Shown in pieces: positions 21,159 to 32,184 of a stretch of DNA of 64,000 bases (positions are counted from its first letter, which is position 1; the number at the start of each line of letters is the position of its first letter). Under the pieces are notes generated by a model, which was not told the origin of the DNA, searched no databases, and saw only the letters and a list, made by a program, of their open reading frames with translations. The stretch is from NCBI GenBank assembly GCA_041687695.1, contig JAWLBL010000013.1, positions 32,001 to 96,000 of the forward strand. The letters run 5' to 3'. The position numbers and the translations under genes were made by a program. Source of the DNA: Myxococcota bacterium (lineage in GTDB: Bacteria > Myxococcota_A > UBA9042 > PHBI01 > JAWLBL01).

Positions 21159-21210
21159 GACCGCGCGACGGTCGCGGGCGGCCGCGGCACGGACTGCGGC
21201 GAGCGCGGTC

Positions 21211-21260
21211 GAGGAGGCGTCACCTCTCCCGTCGGGGGAGGGCGGCGCCTCTTCGCGTTT
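21211..21260. terminator. Hairpin between convergent genes, possible terminator
   Basis: GAGGAGGCGTCACCTCTCCC...GGGGGAGGGCGGCGCCTCTTC imperfect stem. Confidence 0.5.
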
Positions 21261-21278
21261 CGAAGGGGGCGCAGCGCG

Positions 21279-21554
21279 TCAGGGGAAGGGGAACAGGCTC
21301 TCGACGACGAAGACCGGGTACTGCGCCAGCTCGTTGAAGACGAGCACGCTGACGATGAAGGTCGCCGAGAAGCAGAGCAGGAAGGCGGCGGCCAGCTCGA
21401 CCCAGCGTCGGGTGCGCACGGCGAGGGCGCAGACGCCCGCTGCGGTCAGCATGGAGACGAGGACGACCAGGACCAGCAGGCGCACGTCGATGGCGACCCA
21501 GGCCGCGTACTGCCAGGTGGTGGTCTGTTCGGCCGCGAGGAGGATGGGCGCCAT
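21279..21554 (-). CDS. Small membrane protein (2 TM)
   Basis: MAPILLAAEQ...; ATG overlaps the stop of the upstream CPBP gene. Confidence 0.65.
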   Translation of the reverse strand: MAPILLAAEQTTTWQYAAWVAIDVRLLVLVVLVSMLTAAGVCALAVRTRRWVELAAAFLLCFSATFIVSVLVFNELAQYPVFVVESLFPFP

Positions 21555-22147
21555 CAGTCTCGAGTGGGGGCCTGCTCGGCCGCGAGGACGTGCAGGTTGA
21601 AGTAGTTCACGGTGAGGTGACAGAGGATCGGCGCGAGCAGATTCCCGGTCGTCAGAGCCAGCCACCCGAGCAGCGCGCCCGCGGCGGTGGCGAACAGGGC
21701 CCAGGCGCGCAGGCGCCGCTGGGTGCCGCCGTGCAACAGGCCGAAGACGATGACGGTGGGCCAGAAGCCGATGAGGGGCTGCAGGCCGCCCCGGAAGAGG
21801 ACCTCCTCGCCCACGGCGCTGGTCACGGCGAGGGCGGCGATGGCGCCGGTGCCTGGCGTGCCGAGCAGGCCTCCGAGCTCGTGATTGAGCCGCTTGACGG
21901 GGCCGAGGTTCCGGGTGAGCCAGGTGAGGAGGACGACGCCCAGGCCCGTCCCAGCGCCGAGGAGCGTGTCGTGGACCAGTCGCTCGCCGTCGCCGAAGAT
22001 GGCGCGGGTCGGCGAGAGGTCCTGCCACGCCATCAGCCCCAGCCCGACGCCCGTGAAGACCGCGTACAGGACGGTCGACATCCCGACGAGGGCGCGCGGG
22101 TCGACCTGTTCGTCCTGGGGATCGTGGGGGGCCGTCGGGTCGCTCAT
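21554..22147 (-). CDS. CPBP/CAAX (Abi) family intramembrane glutamic endopeptidase
   Basis: EEVLFRG, FGLLH, HLTVN motifs; start MSDPTAP. Confidence 0.9.
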   Translation of the reverse strand: MSDPTAPHDPQDEQVDPRALVGMSTVLYAVFTGVGLGLMAWQDLSPTRAIFGDGERLVHDTLLGAGTGLGVVLLTWLTRNLGPVKRLNHELGGLLGTPGTGAIAALAVTSAVGEEVLFRGGLQPLIGFWPTVIVFGLLHGGTQRRLRAWALFATAAGALLGWLALTTGNLLAPILCHLTVNYFNLHVLAAEQAPTRD

Positions 22148-22283
22148 CTCCCGCAGCGGATTACCACAGCCGGGGGGGACGCCGCCACGATGGCGACCGC
22201 TCGACGGCGCGCGGGAGGCCGGGCGGTGACGCACGGGGTCAAATTTTGGACCGCCCCCGGGGCGGCGGGTAGAACGCGCACTG

Positions 22284-23843
22284 ATGAAGCCGTCGACCAC
22301 ATACGCCGGGGCGAGCGCGCGCGCGTTCGCGTGGGACCCCAGCCGCGGGGGCCTGTGGGGCCTCGCCACCTTCGTCGTCCTGCTGGGCGCGTGCACGGGG
22401 CCCGGGGACGATCGCGCGCCGCCCAAGCTGCGCATCGACCCGCAGCTGCTGGCCATCGAGTGGCCGGAGGGGCCGCGGCGGGACGCGACCGAGGCCCTGG
22501 TGCGGCGCGAGACCAAGCGCTTCGCGCAGAGCCTTTTCACGGGCGAGCCGATGCCGACCGGGATGCCGCAGGCGCGCGACGGCCTGCCGGAGCTGGCGGC
22601 CACGCTCGAGGATGCGGCCAAGGTGGGCCTGGCCAAGCGCCGCGCCCAGCCGCCCGCCTGGGCGGACGGGGTCCCCGAGCCGCCGCGCGCCGTGGAGCAC
22701 GATCTGCCCAAGCAGTGGCCGATCGTGGTGCGCCAGGGCGAGGGGCTGCATCTGCTCGCGAAGTGGGCCGGGACGGACGCCAAGATCATCCTCGAGGACA
22801 ACCGCGAGCGGCTGGGCAAGCGGCGCTGGCTCAAGACCGGCGATCGCCTGGACGTCACCATGAGCGCGAACCAGAAGTTCGCGTTCGACCGCGCGCGTGA
22901 GCAGTTCCAGAAGGACCGGCTCGACGGGTACTTCGCCTCGCGCTACGTCTCGGAGGTCGTCGTCTACCGGGTCAAGCGTGGCGAGCCGGTCTCGACCGCC
23001 GCCAAGCGGTTCGGCGAGGTGCCCATCTGGCTGCTGCAGGAGTTCAACCAGACCGACTTCCGGTCGCTGCAGCCCGGTGACGAGATCCTGATCCCGGTGG
23101 TCAAGAGCTGGAACCGCAAGGAGAAGCTGCCGCCGGCGCTGAAGGTCGTCGACGAGCAGCGCATGGCCCTGACGGACGAGCAGCACCGCGCGGTCGACGG
23201 ACGCCTGCGGCACGACCTGCTGGGGCGCGCCCGGCTCGCCATCGACGACAGCAACGTCTTCGAGCGGGCCGAGGGCGGGCTCGTCGAGGACGGGCGCGGC
23301 GTCCTCCCCGACTACGGCGCGCTGGCGGTCACCGCCACCCCGACCCCGGCGCCCGGCCAGCTGGCGGCGCCCCCGACGGTGCTGGACGTGCGCGTCGACG
23401 AGGCCATCGCCCCGCGCGAGGTGCTCGTGATGCGCGGCGAGACGCTGAGCCACTACGCGAAGTGGGCGGGGCTGGGGCGCGACGCCATCGTGGCGGCCAA
23501 CCCGGGGCTCGAGCCCGACCGGATCCTGGTGGGCACGCGCCTCAAGCTGCCGCTGACGGACACGGCCTACGCGACCTTCGTGCGCGCGCGCGCCGAGCAC
23601 CACCAGCCCAAGCAGAAGGCCGCTGCGCTCCCGGCCTCGGCCCGGCCGCTGCCGGCGGTCATCGGGAAGGGGGCCGCCAAGGCGGGCAAGTCGACCGCCC
23701 AGCGCGCGCACCTCGTGCGGGCGGGCGAGACGGCCTCCGGCATCGCCAAGAAGCGCGGGACGACCGTCACCGAGCTGGCTCGTCGCAATCCGGGCGTGGA
23801 CCTGAACCGTCTGCAGATCGGTCAGTCGCTCCTGGTGCCCTGA
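22284..23843 (+). CDS. Multi-LysM peptidoglycan-binding lipoprotein
   Basis: LLGAC lipobox; VVRQGEGL, YRVKRGE, VMRGETL, HLVRAGETASGIAKK...LQIGQSLLVP LysM-like repeats. Confidence 0.8.
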   Translation: MKPSTTYAGASARAFAWDPSRGGLWGLATFVVLLGACTGPGDDRAPPKLRIDPQLLAIEWPEGPRRDATEALVRRETKRFAQSLFTGEPMPTGMPQARDGLPELAATLEDAAKVGLAKRRAQPPAWADGVPEPPRAVEHDLPKQWPIVVRQGEGLHLLAKWAGTDAKIILEDNRERLGKRRWLKTGDRLDVTMSANQKFAFDRAREQFQKDRLDGYFASRYVSEVVVYRVKRGEPVSTAAKRFGEVPIWLLQEFNQTDFRSLQPGDEILIPVVKSWNRKEKLPPALKVVDEQRMALTDEQHRAVDGRLRHDLLGRARLAIDDSNVFERAEGGLVEDGRGVLPDYGALAVTATPTPAPGQLAAPPTVLDVRVDEAIAPREVLVMRGETLSHYAKWAGLGRDAIVAANPGLEPDRILVGTRLKLPLTDTAYATFVRARAEHHQPKQKAAALPASARPLPAVIGKGAAKAGKSTAQRAHLVRAGETASGIAKKRGTTVTELARRNPGVDLNRLQIGQSLLVP

Positions 23844-23929
23844 GGCCCGCGCCGGGCGGCCGCCGGGGAGCCCGCGGCGACGGCCGCGCCACCACTTGTA
23901 AGTTGCCGATTCCACAGGGAAATCGGTCC

Positions 23930-23958
23930 TTTACAGGGCCGGTCGCGCGTGGTATCTA
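23930..23958 (+). promoter_or_regulatory. Candidate gyrB promoter
   Basis: TTTACA-N17-TATCTA with extended TG. Confidence 0.55.
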
Positions 23959-24119
23959 GGCGCATCCCAAGGACCCGCACGAGGCACGTCTTCGTGGGCG
24001 GGGCCTGACGCAGGTGCCCACCACCGGTGGCGGTGGCGGGTGGCGCGCGCGACGGTCTCGCCTCGGGACGGCTCGGACATGGGCGCGGCCCCCTCGCGAG
24101 GGCGTCGGGCGCGCCCTGA

Positions 24120-26582
<2,463 letters not shown>

Positions 26583-26608
26583 TCGAGGGCGCGCGGACGG
26601 GAGGGACG

Positions 26609-27313
26609 ATGGACCCGGAACGCGCCGCGTACCTGGCCGCCGTGGAGTCGCGCTTCCTGACGCATCGGGGGCGCGGCTTCCTGTTGTCGCCGCGCGACGT
26701 GGCGCTGGTGGACGGGTGGCGCACCCGCGGCGTGCCCGTGAAGGTGGTCCTGCAGGCGCTGGACGAGGGGATGGCCCGCTTTCGGCAGGGACACCCGGAC
26801 GGCGCGCCCGTCCCGGGGACGCTGGCGTACTTCGCCGGGCACGTCGAGGAGGCGGTGCGGTCGCGGCGCGAGCGGCTCCTGGGTCTGATGGAGGCGGGCG
26901 GCGACGCAGGCGTGGCCGCCTCGGCGGCGGGCGACTCGGGGGGCGGCCTCGCGGCGGCCATCGAGGCGCTGGTCGAGGCGGGGCGCCGGCAGGAGCGAGA
27001 GGCGGCGCGGGAGGTGCTGCGCGGCGCGTGGCGGCGCCTCAAGCAGGCGAGCGGCGGCGAGGGCGACGCGGCGGACGTGTGGTCCTTGACGGCCGCGGTC
27101 GACCGGGCCATCGTCGACGGGCTGTGGTCGTCGCTGACCGGCGAGGAGCGCGCCGCGCTCGAGGCCGCGGCGGAGGCTTCGGTGGCGGCGAGCGGCGGGG
27201 CGACGATGAGCGTGGTGGCGCGCCGCGACCGCCTGCGCTTCGAACTCGACGCGGCGGTGCGACGGCGGTTCGGCGTGCCGGAGCTCGTGGAGGTGCTGCT
27301 TGGCGGCGTGTGA
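26609..27313 (+). CDS. Hypothetical protein with DnaD/DnaB_2-like N-terminal domain
   Basis: FLTHRGRGFLLSPRDVALVDGW...VPVKVVLQAL...TLAYF resembles the LSPxE/W/YI pattern of DnaD domains. Confidence 0.6.
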   Translation: MDPERAAYLAAVESRFLTHRGRGFLLSPRDVALVDGWRTRGVPVKVVLQALDEGMARFRQGHPDGAPVPGTLAYFAGHVEEAVRSRRERLLGLMEAGGDAGVAASAAGDSGGGLAAAIEALVEAGRRQEREAAREVLRGAWRRLKQASGGEGDAADVWSLTAAVDRAIVDGLWSSLTGEERAALEAAAEASVAASGGATMSVVARRDRLRFELDAAVRRRFGVPELVEVLLGGV

Positions 27314-28154
27314 TTGCCATGACCTCGGGTACGTGCTGCGACGCGAGGGCGAGCTGGCCCGCGCGGCCGTGTGCCCCTGCCGTGACCGGTGCTCGCTGTG
27401 CGGCGGCGAACGGTTCGTGCTGGCCATGGAGGACGGCTACGAGGTCGCCAAGCCCTGCAGCTGCGTCGCCATCCATCAGCGCGTCCGGCTGTACAACGAG
27501 GCGGGCATCCCGGCGGGCTACGTCCACAAGGTCATCACGGGGCTGGCGCCGCACGCTTATGTGGCCAGCAACGACAGCCAGAACCGCATCAAGCTGAAGT
27601 TCACGCGGTTCCAGACGGCCCTGGACGTCGAGAAGTCGCGCGGCGTGCTCCTGGTCGGGCCGCCCGGGACCGGAAAGACCCACCTCGTCTGCGCGCTGCT
27701 CAACTACCTGACCCTGCAGCGGGGCATCGCCTGCCGCTACATCGACTTCTTCCACCTGACGACGCGCATCCGCGAGACCTACCAGGACGACGCCCGCGAG
27801 ACCGAGGAGGACATCCTGAGGCCGCTGGTCGACGTGCCGGTCCTGGCCATCGACGAGCTGGGCAAGGGACGCGGCAGCACCTTCGAGCTGCACCTGGTCG
27901 ACCAGCTCATCAGCCGCCGCTACAACGCGGGGCGCATCATCCTGGCGACCAGCAACTACGCGCCCGAGGCGTGGATGGCGCCCACCTCACCCAGCGGCGG
28001 GCGCGGTAAGGGCGGCCACAAGGCCGAGCGCCTGACCGACAGCCTCGAGGAGCGGGTGGGCGTGCGGATCTTCAGCCGTCTGTCCGAGATGTGTGAGCTC
28101 GAGGCGGTCAACGGTCAGGACTACCGGCCGACGGCGGGCGCGCGCGAGCGGTGA
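27300..28154 (+). CDS. DnaC/DnaI/IstB-like AAA+ ATPase with N-terminal zinc ribbons
   Basis: CDC..CPC and CSLC..CSC, AGIP, GPPGTGKTHL, LAIDELG, ATSN, RIFSRLSEMC, GQDYR; TTG start overlaps upstream gene. Confidence 0.88.
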   Translation: MAACDCHDLGYVLRREGELARAAVCPCRDRCSLCGGERFVLAMEDGYEVAKPCSCVAIHQRVRLYNEAGIPAGYVHKVITGLAPHAYVASNDSQNRIKLKFTRFQTALDVEKSRGVLLVGPPGTGKTHLVCALLNYLTLQRGIACRYIDFFHLTTRIRETYQDDARETEEDILRPLVDVPVLAIDELGKGRGSTFELHLVDQLISRRYNAGRIILATSNYAPEAWMAPTSPSGGRGKGGHKAERLTDSLEERVGVRIFSRLSEMCELEAVNGQDYRPTAGARER

Positions 28155-28187
28155 CCCGCTGACCGCGAGCCTGGCTCGGGGACGCGG

Positions 28188-29678
28188 CTACTTGTAGATG
28201 GCCATCAGCCAGATGAAGGCGACGGCGTTGAGCACGAGCAGCGCCGCGCCGAGCCCCATGAGGACCAGCCCGCGGGTGCGCGAGAGCCGCTCGAGGTCCA
28301 CGTCGGGCGCGGCGAGCGCCCCGTCGGCGCCGGCGGCGGCGAGGGCCTCGAGCTCTTCCTCCTCGGCGAAGGCGCGCATCCGGGCGCGGGTCTCGCGGAC
28401 GTTGCGAGCGACGCCGTCCGCCAAGAAGAGCAGCATCACCAGGAAGACTCCGCCCATGAGGCCCAGCACGCGGGCCTTCTGGCCCGTCTGCGCCCCGGCC
28501 ATGTCCGCCAGCGCGCGCTCGCGCGTCGAGGCGAGGACCCGAGGCGACTGCGGCGGCTCTCGCAGCATCGCCAGCCAATAGCCGGCGGCGATGTCGAGGT
28601 CGGTGCCGTCGGGCGCGACGGCGCTGGTGGGGTGCACGCGGGCCGAGCGCAGGGCGCGCTGTGTCAGCGCCTCGAGCGGCGGCGCTTCGTCGACCACGAT
28701 CGGGGTCGTGGCAAAGGTCTCGCCGGGATCGAGCGGGTGGTCGTAACACTGCAGGCGATAGGTCCCGCGCGGCAGCGGCGCCAGCGAGAGCCGCTCGTCG
28801 TGGCCGCCGACGCGGACGCGCTCGCTCCAGACGAGCACCTGCTGGTCGAGGAGATCGCAGATGACCGTCGGGTCCCGCTCCCAGGTCTTCAGCGTGACCG
28901 TGATGGCCTCGCCCGGGCGCGCGACCGGCGGGTCGGGACGCAGCAGCAGCTGGCGGCCGTAGCTGTAGAGCAGCTCTTCGAGCTGGACGGTGGCCTCGCC
29001 CGCCGTGGCGGTGATCTTCAGGCGCAGGCTGGGCTGGTCGGCGACGACCGACACGCGCGCGAGGCCGCTCGCGTCCGTGCGCCGGGTCACGGCGCCGTCG
29101 GGGAGGGTCGGATGGGCGACGCGCACGGTGGCGTTGACCTGTGGCGTGCCGTCGGGCCGGCGGACGCGCACGAAGACGTCGTTGTCCATCCCGGCGGCGA
29201 GCACGCCGGCCTCCGGCAGCACGTCGATGCGCAGCGGCCGCTCGGTGGGCGGCAGGGCCTCGGGCGGGGCGCCGGGGAGGCCCTCCTGCGACTGGGCCCG
29301 CAGGACCACGATCTCGGCCTCGAGCCGGTCGCGCTGGCCGTCGTCCAAGACCTCGAGGGCGAGCCTGGCGGTGCGGTCGAGCCCCTCGGGGACGTCGAAG
29401 TGAACGATGGCGGGCGACTCGCCGCGGATCCGCGCCTCGACCGGGCGACCGTCCAGGGTCACGGACGCGACGCGGGCCGGGCGGGGTTCGCGGCCCTGGG
29501 CGGTGCGGGCGCTGACGCGGACGGCGGCCGGGAGACCGCTGCGGACCTGCTCGCCGCCGACCAGCAGCCAGGTCGTGACGTCGGGCTGGCGCTCGAGGCC
29601 GAAGTAGACCGCGCCGAGCACCAGCATGGCCGCGACGAACGAGCCGTAGACGGCGATCCGGAACCCGCGGCGGTCCAC
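28188..29678 (-). CDS. Membrane-anchored hypothetical protein (beta-rich periplasmic region, C-terminal TMs)
   Basis: N-terminal TM, two C-terminal TMs, host-like codon usage. Confidence 0.7.
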   Translation of the reverse strand: MDRRGFRIAVYGSFVAAMLVLGAVYFGLERQPDVTTWLLVGGEQVRSGLPAAVRVSARTAQGREPRPARVASVTLDGRPVEARIRGESPAIVHFDVPEGLDRTARLALEVLDDGQRDRLEAEIVVLRAQSQEGLPGAPPEALPPTERPLRIDVLPEAGVLAAGMDNDVFVRVRRPDGTPQVNATVRVAHPTLPDGAVTRRTDASGLARVSVVADQPSLRLKITATAGEATVQLEELLYSYGRQLLLRPDPPVARPGEAITVTLKTWERDPTVICDLLDQQVLVWSERVRVGGHDERLSLAPLPRGTYRLQCYDHPLDPGETFATTPIVVDEAPPLEALTQRALRSARVHPTSAVAPDGTDLDIAAGYWLAMLREPPQSPRVLASTRERALADMAGAQTGQKARVLGLMGGVFLVMLLFLADGVARNVRETRARMRAFAEEEELEALAAAGADGALAAPDVDLERLSRTRGLVLMGLGAALLVLNAVAFIWLMAIYK

Positions 29679-29728
29679 GAGGCGGACCCAGGCCCCCCGC
29701 CGCGGCGTCGAGCGAGGGGAGGGCGCGG

Positions 29729-31144
29729 CTACGACCGCTTCTCCGTGATGCCGATGACCGGCGTCGCCTGGAGGTCCTCGAGCAGCTGCTTGACGGACTT
29801 GTCGAAGTCCTCGCGATGCTCGGCGGCGATGGGGTCGGCCTCGGCCGCGTGCAGGCGCAGCGGGTTCACGAGCCGTCCCTTGTGGCGCAGGCTGAAGAGC
29901 AGCTGGGGCTCGTCGGCCTTGCCGCTCTGGCCGATGGTGCCGATCTCGGTCTTCTGGTGGATGTGGGCGCCCACCTTGATGCCGCGGCCCAGCTTGCCCA
30001 GGTGGCCGTAGGTGCTGGTGTAGCCGTTGTCGTGCTTGATGGTGACGGTGGTTCCGAGCGTGCCGCTGTCACCCACGAAGGCGACCGTGCCGCCGGCGAC
30101 CGCCCAGACGGGCGTGCCGGCCTTGGCGGTATAGACGACCGGCGAGGCCTTCTTGAGGTTCGCGCGGATGCCGCTGGTCGCGCCGGCGCTGACGCGCGTG
30201 TACTTGAGCGGGCTCTTGAGGAAGTCCTTGCGGGCCGCGCGACCGTCGGCCGTGTAGTAGCCTTCGTTGCCGTCGGGGTCGCGGTAGTGGACCAGGCGGT
30301 GGCGGCCGAACTTGCCGTTGTACTCGGCGCCCAGGACGCGGCCGTACTTGAGGAACTTACCGTCGACGGAGATCTTCTCGACGATGACCCGCAGCTCGTC
30401 GCCGGTGCGGACGTCCTGGAAGAAGTCGACGTCCCAGGCGAACAGATCGATGAAGATGCTGGCGAGCTGGCTGCCCTCGCCGCAGCGGGTCAGCGACTCG
30501 TACAGGCTGGACTTGATGGCGCAGCCGATGCGAGCCAACTCGACGCGGGTCGGCACGGCCTTCTTGCGCGCCTCGTAGGAGCCCGTCGAGGCGAGGGCGA
30601 CCTCGTAGACGTCCAGCGGCGACTGGACGTAGGTGAACTTGCGGACCTGGCCCTCGTCGTCGACCCAGGCCTCGAAGGTGTTGCCGACCTGCGCGCTGCG
30701 GAAGTCGAAGACCTCCTCCATGGCGCGGACGAGCGGCAGGGCCGTCCGGCTGTCGATGCCCTCTTGCTGCAAGGCCTTGAGGACCGTCTGGCCCCTCTTC
30801 AGCTTGCCCGCGACCTTGCGTCCGACCGGCTCGCCGAAGTCGTCGCGCTCCTCGGGGGTGCCGCGCAGCTCGGGCGCCGCGCCCGGGGCCGCCGGGGCGT
30901 CGAGGCCGGGCGCGCCGGGGGCGGGCACCTGGACGGGGCCTGGGCCGACCGCGTTGCTGGGCGCCTGGATGCGCTCCTCGAGGGTCGGCGGGGCTACGTC
31001 ACCGGAATCATGGAAAAAGAGGAAATAATTGACCGTGCACAGGGCCAGCACGACAATCGCTGCGCTCCCCTTGGACGGGCCCGGCCCGCGGCGGCGGCCG
31101 CGGCGGTTTCCGTTTCGGACGAGCATAGGCTTGTCGAGGTACAT
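29729..31144 (-). CDS. M23/MepM-like protein with degenerate active site
   Basis: FAWDVDF, GDELRVIVEK, FLKSPL, GTPVWAV, YGHL, VNPL; HxxxD and HxH missing. Confidence 0.85.
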   Translation of the reverse strand: MYLDKPMLVRNGNRRGRRRGPGPSKGSAAIVVLALCTVNYFLFFHDSGDVAPPTLEERIQAPSNAVGPGPVQVPAPGAPGLDAPAAPGAAPELRGTPEERDDFGEPVGRKVAGKLKRGQTVLKALQQEGIDSRTALPLVRAMEEVFDFRSAQVGNTFEAWVDDEGQVRKFTYVQSPLDVYEVALASTGSYEARKKAVPTRVELARIGCAIKSSLYESLTRCGEGSQLASIFIDLFAWDVDFFQDVRTGDELRVIVEKISVDGKFLKYGRVLGAEYNGKFGRHRLVHYRDPDGNEGYYTADGRAARKDFLKSPLKYTRVSAGATSGIRANLKKASPVVYTAKAGTPVWAVAGGTVAFVGDSGTLGTTVTIKHDNGYTSTYGHLGKLGRGIKVGAHIHQKTEIGTIGQSGKADEPQLLFSLRHKGRLVNPLRLHAAEADPIAAEHREDFDKSVKQLLEDLQATPVIGITEKRS

Positions 31145-31284
31145 CGGCTGACTTCCCGATCTCCGTCTGGTGTCTCGACGCCCGCTGGGGCCGGATGGCT
31201 CCGGTCCGAGGGGGCGGCCGCGCTGAGGCGTGAGGTGGCGAGTAGCATGCGGGTTTTGAGGGTGTCAACCCGTAGCTGAGCGCC

Positions 31285-32184
31285 TCAGGCGGCGGGACTG
31301 TCACCACGACTGAGCCGGATCGCAAGCTCTAGAGCGCGGATCATGCTGGTCGGGTCGGCCACGCCGCGCCCGGCGATGTCCCAGGCCGGGCCGTGGTCGG
31401 GGCTGGTCCGGGGGCGCGGCAGGCCGAGAGTGACGTTCACGCCGTCGGCGAAGTGCAGGAGTTTGAACGGGATCAGCGCCTGGTCGTGGTAGCCGCAGAC
31501 CACCGCGTCGAAGGCCCCCTCGTGGACGGCCTTGTGGAACACGGTGTCGGGTGACCAAGGGCCCGAGGCGTCAATATCAGCCTCTTGCAGTGCGGAAACC
31601 GCTGGTTTCATCAGGCGTTCTTCCTCGTCGCCGAAGAGCCCGCCGTCGCCCGCGTGCGGGTTGAGCCCCGCGAAGGCCAGGCGAGGCCGGGCGATTCCGA
31701 AGCCGCGACGCAGGGATCGGTCGACGAGCCGGCCGATCCGGACGAGCTCGTCCACCGTGAGCAGCGCTGCGACGTCGCGCAGGGCGACGTGGGTCGTCAC
31801 CGGGACGACGCGCAGGCGCGGCCCCGCCAGCATCATCGCGAAGTCGTGGGTGTTGAGCCGCTGGGCGTACAACTCGGTGTGCCCGGGGAACTCGCCGCCG
31901 AAGGTCGCCTTGCCCACGGGCCCCGTGACCACGGCGTCGATGGCGCCGGTGGCGAGGTCGGCGGCGGAGCGCTCGATGGCCTCGCGGGCCGCGCCCGGGC
32001 CGTCGGTGGGGACGAACTCGGCCGGGCAGCCCTCGAACAGCCCGGGGTCTCCGTAGATGACGAATTGGACGCGGGGTTCGGCGGGGCCGACCCGCGCGAT
32101 GGCGGCCCGGAGGATCTCGGGTCCGATGCCCGTGGGATCCCCCATCGTCAGGCCTACGCGCCGCGGCGCCGATCCGTCACTCAC
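31285..32184 (-). CDS. pdxA: 4-hydroxythreonine-4-phosphate dehydrogenase
   Basis: TMGDPTGIGPEI, GHTE, GLNPHAG, YHDQALIPFK, RTSPDHG; GTG start overlaps surA stop. Confidence 0.95.
   Translation of the reverse strand: MSDGSAPRRVGLTMGDPTGIGPEILRAAIARVGPAEPRVQFVIYGDPGLFEGCPAEFVPTDGPGAAREAIERSAADLATGAIDAVVTGPVGKATFGGEFPGHTELYAQRLNTHDFAMMLAGPRLRVVPVTTHVALRDVAALLTVDELVRIGRLVDRSLRRGFGIARPRLAFAGLNPHAGDGGLFGDEEERLMKPAVSALQEADIDASGPWSPDTVFHKAVHEGAFDAVVCGYHDQALIPFKLLHFADGVNVTLGLPRPRTSPDHGPAWDIAGRGVADPTSMIRALELAIRLSRGDSPAA

Noticed and set aside
27300..28154. IS21 element (istB)
   Set aside because: The upstream ORF has no DDE transposase features and no terminal inverted repeats were seen.
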